Positions 9,101 through 16,795 of a stretch of DNA of 42,440 nucleotides are shown here, in pieces; within the stretch, counting starts at the first letter, position 1; every line of letters begins with the position of its first letter. The position numbers were made by a program, and so were the translations under genes. The notes beneath the pieces are model-generated. The model searched no databases. It saw nothing but the letters and a program-made list of their open reading frames with translations, and was not told the DNA's origin. The stretch is from the NCBI GenBank assembly GCA_029573155.1, contig JAKQHE010000171.1, forward strand, positions 1 through 42,440, read 5' to 3'. Source of the DNA: a bacterium. GTDB lineage: Bacteria; UBP6; UBA1177; JAKLFG01.

Positions 9101-9232
9101 ACCCAGCGGCAACTCTCCACAACGCTCACCGGCACGCTCACCGACGAGATATCGGGCAACACCGCCGCCGTGTCGGGAGGCAAGATAACGGTCACCGTTC
9201 CGGCGATGACGAGCGCGGTCTATACGAAATGA
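6152..9232 (+). CDS. Lipoprotein alpha-amylase family (GH13) glycosidase with an N-terminal EGF-like/Cys-rich stalk
   Basis: Lipobox LVVAC. GH13 motifs YQIMNDRF.NGD, GGDWAG, LGVNALWISS, YHSYW, DLVANH, DGFRMDAVKH (nucleophile), VGETFDG (acid/base), FMGNHD, IPLIYQGD, DPDNRR. Confidence 0.92.
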   Translation: MRVPIVTVIALFFLLLVVACDKSATQGPCDGIDCSGHGTCDATSGRAVCICDENYHPNGLLECIADTDPCEGVDCDEWESCVNGSCDPLPGKCNDKDDCGPNEACEDHTCVYHDPCEGIDCSGHGECTSGYGYGDEVFCDCDENYHAVGLECLPGETPDDDQLIPDGDTVTDPCATVTCDEWKECSGGDCILKEGRCEKSDDCGEDEICDTAAHDCIADPCLAVTCGNGGVCSTSGVTPLCNCPDGFMATGLTCIADTGTKIDWCNVQWPPAIEATVGDAPTRTYSQLYIGGITDGGKPQNAGVSAQLGYGVKTLTYPIIQTDLVWVDADFNITGAGDFGNNHEYMTDFPTAKTGLFNYIYRYSLNEGASWYYCDLNGRITSGAITPGIATISGGGDDCGGVSCAEWESCAIDLCEPLPGRCNMKADCESDEECDLGTHYCVNAAGVLLLDGAVVQGSDAYTFTVRYVGTDELDLAQSVVTLNGVDITATLTYDPTANTVTISESGIAQKGKYTYLFRAKNSKGAPIEPLYVPLWVETTPFDWRDAFLYQIMNDRFLNGDALNDQPIAGVDAIRNWMGGDWAGIIEKLDGDYFTDLGVNALWISSPVKNTAKSGKGMNDNYQYAAYHSYWPIATGWTDTDPLSGLSSPLEDHFGTDAELRELVQKAHAKGIRVLIDLVANHVHTDSPLWIEHKNDGWFNMAPDGKTPNVNGGYNCGWDAPIECWFTDYLPDFDYRDKELLDLVLDHAVWLVHEYDFDGFRMDAVKHMVMGFTTGTRSRIEQDIVTTGIPFYTVGETFDGDKMKIAEYVGADKLDGQFDFPLYFQVRDILLQHSRGMNELASFVAANDTYYTDRWNGAIMSNFMGNHDVTRALTFAGGDHARLRMAQTFLLTSPAIPLIYQGDDIGMEGGEDPDNRRMMVFEPSLSTDQRATLAHLKKLGMARKAHPALRTGIRTTLISETNLWAYRMKSGADEAIVILNRGAQTQRQLSTTLTGTLTDEISGNTAAVSGGKITVTVPAMTSAVYTK

Positions 9233-10390
9233 TCACGTCGGAGATCGCGGGTCCGTCTGTATCTGGATGATGCGCAGGCCGAAGATCGGCGCCAGCGCCA
9301 TAAGATGTTCGATCAGTTCCCCCTGTATCGCCTCGTAGTCCTCCCACACGGTGGTCGCCGCGAAGCAGTATATCTGGAGCGGCGCGCCGGTGTGTGACGG
9401 ATCGAGCGTCCGCACCATGAGCGTGAGGTCCTGTCGCAGTCCCGCACGGGAGCGCAGATAGTTCAGGAACATGCGGCGCAGGAGCGTCAGATTGGTCACC
9501 GGGCCGGGGGCGGGCTCGTCGGGCAGGAACGGCCGGACCAGTTCATTGGCCCGTATCGCCGCGATCTCCGCCTCGCTCAGGAAGCGCACCGAGTTCATGT
9601 CCAGCGGTATGGAGCGGCTGATGCGGCGCGCACCGCTCTCCTTCATACCGCGCCAGTTGGTGAAGGAGTCTTCAAGGAACTTCTGTGTCGGTATCGAGGT
9701 GATGGTATTGTCCCAGTTGCGGACCCGAAGCGCGTAGAGCGACACATCGGCGACCTCGCCGTCGGCGCCATACTGGGGCACCGATATCCAGTCGCCGACA
9801 CGTATGGAGTGGCTCACACTCATCTGCAGACTCGCGACGAACCCGAGTATGGCGTCCTTGAACACCAGCATCAGGACGGCGGTCATCGCGCCGAGCCCCG
9901 ACAGGATGAGCACCGGCGACTTCCCCATCAGCACCGCCGCCATGAGTATCAGCGCGACGATGTAGATCGCGATGGAAAGTATCTGGAACAGCCCCTTTAT
10001 CGGCCGCTCCTGCGCCCCGTCGGTCCTGTTGTAGAGCGCCTGCAGGACCGCGACGAGCCGCGAGAAAAATAGCGCCATGACCAGCACGATGGCGGCCGAG
10101 GTAAGGCGGCGAACCGCCGCTTCGAGCCCGCCGAAGGCGTAGGCGGCGTTATGGACGACCAGTATCGGTATGAGATGGATGAGCGCGTGGAACACCTTTT
10201 TTTCGAACAGCAGGTCGTCCCAATCGATAGAACTGCGGCGCACCATGTAACCGATCGCCTTGAGAATGTAGTGGCGACCGATGAAGAAAAGCAGGTAGGC
10301 GACGATGATAACCGCCAGCATACGCGCCGGGAAGGCCAGGAAGGAATACCGGGCGAAGAAGAACTGGACGAGCGAAAGGTACCCGTCCAT
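9233..10390 (-). CDS. MscS-family mechanosensitive channel (YbdG/MscM-like)
   Basis: N-terminal TM helices; GLGAMTAVLMLVFKD, IRVGDWI, ADGEV, NWDNTITSIP, FTNWRGMKESGARRISRS. Confidence 0.9.
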   Translation of the reverse strand: MDGYLSLVQFFFARYSFLAFPARMLAVIIVAYLLFFIGRHYILKAIGYMVRRSSIDWDDLLFEKKVFHALIHLIPILVVHNAAYAFGGLEAAVRRLTSAAIVLVMALFFSRLVAVLQALYNRTDGAQERPIKGLFQILSIAIYIVALILMAAVLMGKSPVLILSGLGAMTAVLMLVFKDAILGFVASLQMSVSHSIRVGDWISVPQYGADGEVADVSLYALRVRNWDNTITSIPTQKFLEDSFTNWRGMKESGARRISRSIPLDMNSVRFLSEAEIAAIRANELVRPFLPDEPAPGPVTNLTLLRRMFLNYLRSRAGLRQDLTLMVRTLDPSHTGAPLQIYCFAATTVWEDYEAIQGELIEHLMALAPIFGLRIIQIQTDPRSPT

Positions 10391-10393
10391 CCC

Positions 10394-12775
10394 CTACTCC
10401 TCGACCAATATGCAGGGGGCATCTATCTTCAGCGAGACATCGAAGCCGTCGTCAACGGTGATCTGCGGGGTCGGCGTGTTGTAGGTCTGCGGTGCGAGGA
10501 AGAACCGCGTCGCCTGCGTACCGATCGGCGGGAAGAAGGCCTTGGCGCGGCTCCCGGTCCCCGAAAGTTCGATGAAGCCGCGCGACGAGGCGGCCCCGGT
10601 GACCGCGGCACCGTTCGCCGTGAGGTTGCCGGTAAAGGCGACCGCCTTAAGATCGCCCTGCACGACCGTGTCGGCCGACACATCGACCAGTTGCGCTATC
10701 GGGAAACGGAATATCGAATCGTCGCTCCCCTCCTTCACATGCAGGTTGAGGTAGAGGTCCCAACTGGGGCTTCTCAGCACGAGAAAGAAGGGATGCGGCT
10801 CGGCCTGCGTCGCGGTGATGACGGACGAGCCGAGCGTGTTCTTGTCGTTCGCCGCCGAGAAGTCGTAACGGTCTATCGCCGGGTAGGCGGTCAGGAGTTC
10901 CGCGAGCGACAGGCCGTTCACGGTGAGGTCGAGTCCCATCTTCGCCGTCCCTATGTCTACTATCTTGGCTGTGATGTCGGTGTCGCCGACGGTGAGATCG
11001 GTGTTGACCACCCCTTTCTGTTCGTAGCCGAGGAGCGACGCACCTTTATAGACGACATGATACGAGGCGGCGGGTGCAAAGAACGAATAGGCGCCCCCCG
11101 TCAGGTCCTTGAGGCGCGCCACCGGCGTTTCGGTCTGGGTATCGACATCGCGCAGGAAAAGCAGGTCGTCGTCGGTCTCCGGAAGCGCCGCGCCGTTGTA
11201 GGTGACGGTGCCCGACACCTGCGTCGGGACGACCACCAGATCAAGCGTCATGTCGGTGGTAAAGCCACCGGAGCCGTCGGTGAACTGGAAATTCTCGGTC
11301 CCGTTGTTATTCAGCCGGACGCTGAACGGCAGGTAATTGGTCATGCCGGCGACATCGTTGAAATAGCCGTCGAATATGAGCGAGAAGGAGAGCGGCGCGT
11401 AGTCGTAGGTCGTGCAGTCGATATCGGCGCAGACCCTCTGGCGCCGGAGAACGAGCGCCTCGTAGGCGTAATCGTCGCCCGATATGCCGAGGTCCTTGAT
11501 CGTCGTGGTGCCGGCGGCGATGCTCATCACTTTTAACTTGCCGCGCGTGCAAAGCGGTTCGTCCACGGTGCAGGAGGTCAGCGCCGGGAAGGGGCCGCCC
11601 GCCGTCCGAAGCGAGATGGTGCCGTGGATACGCCCCATGTCGAGCGCGACCGAACCGCTGTCGGCGGCGAGATCCTTCCATTCGGCTATCTTCTGGAAAC
11701 TGTAGGGATAGTCGGCAATGTCGCTTAGATAGGTGACCACATAGGTGATCCCCTCGTTGGCGATGACCTCGGCGCTGTAGTTCTGGTCGGCGCCCAGATC
11801 GGATATCAGGGCGAGCGATATCGACTCAAAGGGGGGATTGCGCACGATGGCGAGTACGCCGCTGTCCACCGTCGCGCCATCCATCACGACCGGGCCGGCC
11901 ACCGTGGTGGTCACGATATCTATCGGTTCGCTCAACGCCTCCGTGAGTTTCAGCGCCGTGTCACCGAGGTAGACGCGGCCGGTGAAGAGCGGGGCGCCGC
12001 CCGCCAGATGGCCGGTAAAACTCACCGTGTAGGTCCCGGCGGGCATGACCCGGGTGAAGGCGCCGAACTCGGCATACGGCACGGTGAAGGAGTAACTGCC
12101 GGAGGTGAAGGTTATCGAGGTCGCCGTGTCCTCCCCCGCCGCAAGCGCGGGAAAGGCCGCCCCGTTCTTGGTGACGCTCCCCTGCAGGACATAGAGCGGA
12201 AGATCGATGTTGAGCGTCGCGGCGGCCGTGACGGTCAGTTTCTTGTCCATGTCGACCATGGTGTTGTCGGGATCGGTCGGCGCGCTCTTGGGTCCGCGGT
12301 AGAACAGTTTATAGGTCCCCGCGGGAAATTCGATGACCGTGCCGGAAAGCGACGGGACGAGAGTCGCTATCTTGAAATCGCTGCCGGTCGCCTCGTTCTT
12401 TCCCCACAGTTCACCCGCAACATGGGCGTCGTCATCGACGCCGCCGACCGTTATGGTGCCGATGGTCACCGCGTGTAGTTTCACATCGAACGCCACCGCG
12501 TCGCCTTCCCGCGCGAGGATGCAGGGGCCGGTGTAGACATCGTCATCCGGCACGAGCGTGTCGGCGAGTTCGTCGACCGCATCGTCCGGCAGGGAGTCGT
12601 CGGTCGCCGTGTCGATATCCTGTTCGTTATCGGGCTCGCTCGTGTCGGGTTCGCACTGGTGGGTCGCATCGTCCCAGTGGTAACCGGCGGGACACGACTC
12701 GCTACCGCCCGAGGAGCAGGAAACGCCGAGCAGCAGCAGCGCCGCGCCCGTGATAACGGCAAAAAGATGACGCAT
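10394..12775 (-). CDS. Large hypothetical lipoprotein of repeated beta-sandwich (carboxypeptidase-regulatory-like) modules
   Basis: RBS GGAGG before ATG 12775. Lipobox LGVSC. CPAGYHWD...C motif, acidic linker, and recurring [VL]xG[ST]VT.NG motifs about every 100 aa. Confidence 0.7.
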   Translation of the reverse strand: MRHLFAVITGAALLLLGVSCSSGGSESCPAGYHWDDATHQCEPDTSEPDNEQDIDTATDDSLPDDAVDELADTLVPDDDVYTGPCILAREGDAVAFDVKLHAVTIGTITVGGVDDDAHVAGELWGKNEATGSDFKIATLVPSLSGTVIEFPAGTYKLFYRGPKSAPTDPDNTMVDMDKKLTVTAAATLNIDLPLYVLQGSVTKNGAAFPALAAGEDTATSITFTSGSYSFTVPYAEFGAFTRVMPAGTYTVSFTGHLAGGAPLFTGRVYLGDTALKLTEALSEPIDIVTTTVAGPVVMDGATVDSGVLAIVRNPPFESISLALISDLGADQNYSAEVIANEGITYVVTYLSDIADYPYSFQKIAEWKDLAADSGSVALDMGRIHGTISLRTAGGPFPALTSCTVDEPLCTRGKLKVMSIAAGTTTIKDLGISGDDYAYEALVLRRQRVCADIDCTTYDYAPLSFSLIFDGYFNDVAGMTNYLPFSVRLNNNGTENFQFTDGSGGFTTDMTLDLVVVPTQVSGTVTYNGAALPETDDDLLFLRDVDTQTETPVARLKDLTGGAYSFFAPAASYHVVYKGASLLGYEQKGVVNTDLTVGDTDITAKIVDIGTAKMGLDLTVNGLSLAELLTAYPAIDRYDFSAANDKNTLGSSVITATQAEPHPFFLVLRSPSWDLYLNLHVKEGSDDSIFRFPIAQLVDVSADTVVQGDLKAVAFTGNLTANGAAVTGAASSRGFIELSGTGSRAKAFFPPIGTQATRFFLAPQTYNTPTPQITVDDGFDVSLKIDAPCILVEE

Positions 12776-12808
12776 GCGGACCTCCATCGTTCCGTTCAAG
12801 GATGGGCC

Positions 12809-12837
12809 ATTCTAGAACCTTCGGGGACGGAAGTCAA
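12809..12837 (-). promoter_or_regulatory. sigma70-type promoter for the 12775 lipoprotein-mscS unit
   Basis: Minus strand TTGACT-N17-TAGAAT. Confidence 0.8.
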
Positions 12838-12854
12838 TGAGGGAACGGGAGAAC

Positions 12855-14585
12855 CTATTCGTGTTTTTTCAACAGGTCGTTCTTGAGGTCGGATATCTTC
12901 TCGCCGTAGGTGCGGTGAGCAAGATCGCACTGATGGATGAGATGGTCGATGCGCGCCTCCGACTCGTTACGGAAGAACTTGAAGAGGTCGCGTTTTTCCG
13001 GATGCCGCTCGGCGACCGGCAGGAACAGGTACTGACGGTAAATGATCGATGCCAACTCGACGAGATAGCCGGCGACATAATCGAGAAAGTCCTTATTCTC
13101 GACCTTCTTCATCCGCTCGGTCACCTCGGCGAAGCGTGCGATGTGACGAATGAGTTCCTTTTTCGCGTCGGACAGTTCGTCGGCCTTGATCTCTTTCGCC
13201 GCCTCCATCCACTTGAAGAAAAGCCCGGAGGTGATCGTCCCTATCGCCGCCACGACCTGCAACTGCGTGGTACCCTCGTAGATGTTGGTGATGCGGGCAT
13301 CGCGGTAAAGCCGTTCGACCGGGAAGTCCTTCATGTAACCGGTGCCGCCATGTATCTGTATCGCATCGTAGGAGGCCTTGTTGGCCAGTTCGGTGATGGT
13401 GAACTTGGAAAGCGGCGTAAGGAAGTCGGCGAGCGCCTTGGCCTCTTTGAATGGCGCCTTGACATCCTCTCCCTTGTGCTCCTTCCGCTCATACATATCG
13501 TAGTAGTCGACCGCTAGACTGGTACGGTAGAGTAGCAACCGCGAGGTCTCTATCTCGGCCTGCATCTTTTTGAGCATCTGGAAGACCGCAGGGAAGTGGA
13601 TGATCTTCTTGCCGAATTGTTCCCGTTCGTTGGCGTATCTGACCGCTTCGTCGAAGGATGCCTGCGCGATGCCGAGCGCCTGCGCCGACACGGTGAGTCG
13701 CGCCCCGTTCATAAGACTCATGACATACTTGATGAGCCCCATCTTGCGCTGGCCGACGAGTTCAGCCTTCGCCATGTTGAACTGCAATTCGCAGGTGGGC
13801 GATCCGTGGATGCCGAGTTTATGCTCGATACGCCGCACGATCATGTTGTTGTCGCGGTAACGCTCGTAGAGGAACATCGACAGTCCACGACCGCCCTTCG
13901 ACCCCTCTTCGGATCGGGCAAGCACCAGCGACACATCGCCCGAACCGTTGGTGATGAAGCGTTTGACACCGTCGAGATACCACTGACCGTCCTTCTCTAT
14001 CGCCTTGAGCGTGACCGCCTGCAGGTCGCTCCCCGCCTCCGGCTCGGTCAGCGCCATCGAACCGGACACTTCGCCCGAACAGAATCTGGGCAGGACACGG
14101 TCCTTCTGCTCCTCGCTGCCGAATCTATAGACGGTGACGGCGATGTCCTGCAGACCGAAGAGATTCATCAGGCTCGCGTCGCCCTGCGACACCATCTCGA
14201 CGATAGCGACATTGACGGTGACCGGCATGTTGAGCCCGCCGTATTTTCGCGGCAGGGTGCCCCCCATGTAGCCGGCGGCGCCGAGCACCTTCATGTTCTC
14301 CTTGGTCTCGGGGGCCCATTCGACCACGCCGTCCTTGAACGAGGCGCCTTTCTCGTCGACCGCCTCGGCGCGCGGCCAGATGAAGTTGGCGCAGATGTCA
14401 CCGACATTGCGAAGCGCCATGTCGTACCACCGTTGCGCCTCCTCGTAGGAACGCAGTGCGGTGGGGCCGCTGTCCGTATAGCCGTTCTCAAGGTCCCTGA
14501 CGATATCGGTGAGATCTATCTGCGAAAGATAGAACTTCCGGTCCGCGGTATAGAAGTTGTTCTTGTTCGTGCTTGCTCCAGACAT
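12855..14585 (-). CDS. Acyl-CoA dehydrogenase (long form with C-terminal extension)
   Basis: SMALTEPEAGSD, LDGVKRFITNG, KLGIHGSPTCEL, MNGARL, REQFGKKI, AIQIHGGTGY, LYRDARITNIYEGT (catalytic Glu). Confidence 0.93.
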   Translation of the reverse strand: MSGASTNKNNFYTADRKFYLSQIDLTDIVRDLENGYTDSGPTALRSYEEAQRWYDMALRNVGDICANFIWPRAEAVDEKGASFKDGVVEWAPETKENMKVLGAAGYMGGTLPRKYGGLNMPVTVNVAIVEMVSQGDASLMNLFGLQDIAVTVYRFGSEEQKDRVLPRFCSGEVSGSMALTEPEAGSDLQAVTLKAIEKDGQWYLDGVKRFITNGSGDVSLVLARSEEGSKGGRGLSMFLYERYRDNNMIVRRIEHKLGIHGSPTCELQFNMAKAELVGQRKMGLIKYVMSLMNGARLTVSAQALGIAQASFDEAVRYANEREQFGKKIIHFPAVFQMLKKMQAEIETSRLLLYRTSLAVDYYDMYERKEHKGEDVKAPFKEAKALADFLTPLSKFTITELANKASYDAIQIHGGTGYMKDFPVERLYRDARITNIYEGTTQLQVVAAIGTITSGLFFKWMEAAKEIKADELSDAKKELIRHIARFAEVTERMKKVENKDFLDYVAGYLVELASIIYRQYLFLPVAERHPEKRDLFKFFRNESEARIDHLIHQCDLAHRTYGEKISDLKNDLLKKHE

Positions 14586-15580
14586 TAGCCTTCCTCCCTC
14601 AGGTATCTGATCATGAGCGGGATTATCTCCCGCAGGTCACCGACGACCCCCATGTGGGCGATGCCGAATATCGGCGCGTCGGGATCCTTGTTGATGGCCA
14701 GTATCTTCTTCGATTCCTCCATGCCGGCGCGGTGCTGTATCGAACCGCTGATGCCGCAGGCGATGTAGAGTTTCGGGCGGACCACCGACCCGGTCTGGCC
14801 GACCTGATGGTCCTTCTCGATGAAGCCGAAATCGACCGCCGCACGGCTTGCGCCGACCTCGGCGCCCAACGCCTCGGCGAGTTGGAAGATGAGTTTGAAA
14901 CTCTCCTTGTTGCCCACTCCGGCACCGCCCGAAACGATGACATTCGCGGCGCCGAGATCGACCTTCGACCGCTTCGGGATGATGTTCAGGAACTCATGGC
15001 GCACCCATTCGTCGCGGAAGTCGGGCGTGAACTCCTCGAACTTCACCGGGTTCATCGTCTTGTGCTCCGGCAACGGCATGACCCCCTCGCGGACCGTCGC
15101 CATCATCGGGCGATGGTCGGGGGTCACGATGGTGGCCAGTATGTTGCCGCCGAACGCCGGGCGGATCTGGTAGAGTATCTTGCCCTTGTCACGGTAGTCG
15201 TCTATCACCAGTTGGGTGCAGTCGGCGGTGAGTCCGGTATGTATCTGCGCGGCCACGAGCGGCGCGATGTCGCGGCCGGTGTGGGTGGCGCCGAAGAGGA
15301 CGATGTCGGGTTTCTCGCGCTTCACGAACTGCGCGACGACCTGTTTTATCGCTATCGAATGGAGATGCTTCAGTTTCGCGTTGTTGTAGAAGACCACGCG
15401 GTGCATGCCGTACTTGAACAACTCGTCGGTGTCCTCGGGAAGCCGATCGCCAACGAAGATGCCGACCACCTCGCCGTGGAACGGTTTCATGAGCGCCGCC
15501 GCCTTGCCGGTGAGTTCCAGCGTCACATTGCGGAGCCGTTCGGTGCCGGCCCGCTTTTCTATGAATACCGCCGTTTTCAT
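14585..15580 (-). CDS. etfA: Electron transfer flavoprotein alpha subunit
   Basis: GLTADCT, RPAFGGN, VSGGAG, GASRAAVD, QVGQTG, YIACGISGSIQH, AINKDPDAPIF. Confidence 0.95.
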   Translation of the reverse strand: MKTAVFIEKRAGTERLRNVTLELTGKAAALMKPFHGEVVGIFVGDRLPEDTDELFKYGMHRVVFYNNAKLKHLHSIAIKQVVAQFVKREKPDIVLFGATHTGRDIAPLVAAQIHTGLTADCTQLVIDDYRDKGKILYQIRPAFGGNILATIVTPDHRPMMATVREGVMPLPEHKTMNPVKFEEFTPDFRDEWVRHEFLNIIPKRSKVDLGAANVIVSGGAGVGNKESFKLIFQLAEALGAEVGASRAAVDFGFIEKDHQVGQTGSVVRPKLYIACGISGSIQHRAGMEESKKILAINKDPDAPIFGIAHMGVVGDLREIIPLMIRYLREEG

Positions 15581-16440
15581 GACTGCACCTCGACATACTG
15601 CTTCATCAGATCGCGGACGAGCGCCTTGACGCCGTCCAATCGCGGGTCGTACATCTTGAGATCTCCCCCCTGCACCGCGATATCGCGTATCGCGTTCACC
15701 TTGGTCGGACTTCCCTTGAGGCCGATATGCGCCTCATTGATGCCGGGGATGTCGGCAAAGGTGAGCGTCGGGATGATCCAGCCGTTCCGTTCGTATTCGG
15801 CCTGTTCTTCAGCCGGGATGTTCTCTTTGATGTCGGCCTTGAAGTAGCGGAGCATCTGGCGCGCCGAAGGGTAGCGCGGGGTATTGGCGGCCGAAGTGAC
15901 GGTGAGGAGGAGCGGGGATCGCGCCCTGATGACCTCGGTCTGGAATTCGCCGTCCCGTTCGACGGTGACGGTCGTGTCGGTCACCTCGTTCAGCGCGGTC
16001 ACATAGGTCACCTGATCGAAGCCGAGTTTCTCGGCCACCTGCGGCCCCACCTGCGCCGTGTCGCCGTCTATCGCCTGCCGGCCAGCGACGACCAGATCGA
16101 CGCCCCCGATCTTCTTTATCGCCTCGGCGAGGATATAACTCGTCGCCCAGGTATCGGACCCGGCGAATTTCTTGTCGGTCAGCAGATACCCGGCGTCGGC
16201 ACCCATGTAGAGCGCCTGCTTGATGATCTCGACCGCCTTGAGGGGCCCCATCGTGAGGAGCACGACCTCGCGACCGGTCCTATCCTTGATCTGGAGCGCC
16301 GTTTCGAGCGCGTTCAGGTCCTCGGGATTGAAGACGGTGGGCAGGGCGGCCCGGTTGACGGTGCCGTCCTCCTTCATCGCGTTGCCCCGGATATTCGAGG
16401 TGTCCGGGACCTGCTTCGCCAAGACTACGATTTTACTCAT
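15577..16440 (-). CDS. etfB: Electron transfer flavoprotein beta subunit
   Basis: KQVPDT, NPED, TMGP, FAGSDTWATS, GRQAIDGDTAQVGP. RBS GGAGG before ATG 16440. ATGA overlap with etfA. Confidence 0.95.
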   Translation of the reverse strand: MSKIVVLAKQVPDTSNIRGNAMKEDGTVNRAALPTVFNPEDLNALETALQIKDRTGREVVLLTMGPLKAVEIIKQALYMGADAGYLLTDKKFAGSDTWATSYILAEAIKKIGGVDLVVAGRQAIDGDTAQVGPQVAEKLGFDQVTYVTALNEVTDTTVTVERDGEFQTEVIRARSPLLLTVTSAANTPRYPSARQMLRYFKADIKENIPAEEQAEYERNGWIIPTLTFADIPGINEAHIGLKGSPTKVNAIRDIAVQGGDLKMYDPRLDGVKALVRDLMKQYVEVQS

Positions 16441-16454
16441 AATTCCTCCATGAC

Positions 16455-16472
16455 TGTCATAAAAAAATGACA
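16455..16472. promoter_or_regulatory. Candidate operator (inverted repeat TGTCAT-N6-ATGACA) upstream of etfB
   Basis: Perfect 6-bp arms lying between a minus-strand TTGACA (16507-16512) and the etfB RBS. Confidence 0.4.
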
Positions 16473-16583
16473 CTTCGGTCTAGTTCCTAACAAATACCAC
16501 CGCCGATGTCAACCATTTTTTCTGTGACCCCCGGCAGGCGGCGCCTGTCATAAGGGCGAGAGGATGTTACGGAGGGACCGCCC

Positions 16584-16685
16584 GTGAAGGACATCGTTCG
16601 TGTAGTGCCCGCGATGGTACTCTTCATGATCTTCATCGCCGTTTATCTGGTGGCCGAACACTTCCTCGGCGCACCACTCCCCTAG
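16584..16685 (+). CDS. Putative 33-aa single-TM small protein (MKDIVRVVPAMVLFMIFIAVYLVAEHFLGAPLP)
   Basis: GGAGGG at 16571-16576, 7 nt before the GTG start. About 18 consecutive hydrophobic residues. Below the ORF-track size cutoff. Confidence 0.55.
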   Translation: MKDIVRVVPAMVLFMIFIAVYLVAEHFLGAPLP

Positions 16686-16744
16686 CCCCCGCTCCACCGT
16701 GACGGGATATTTTTCACCGAAAGTTGCAGTGTCCTTTCTTTTTC

Positions 16745-16773
16745 GTAACATCGGAACAGCGGCAACTGTCAAA
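16745..16773 (+). promoter_or_regulatory. Possible ECF-type autoregulatory promoter
   Basis: GTAAC-N17-TGTCAAA matches the generic ECF AAC...GTC pattern, just upstream of the ECF sigma gene. Confidence 0.3.
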
Positions 16774-16795
16774 ACCGATAGAGGATATGCATGCG

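Noticed and set aside
12814-12837. Plus-strand sigmaE-like promoter GAACCT...GTCAA
   Set aside because: The spacing is too short and it points antisense. The same bases are better explained as a minus-strand sigma70 promoter.
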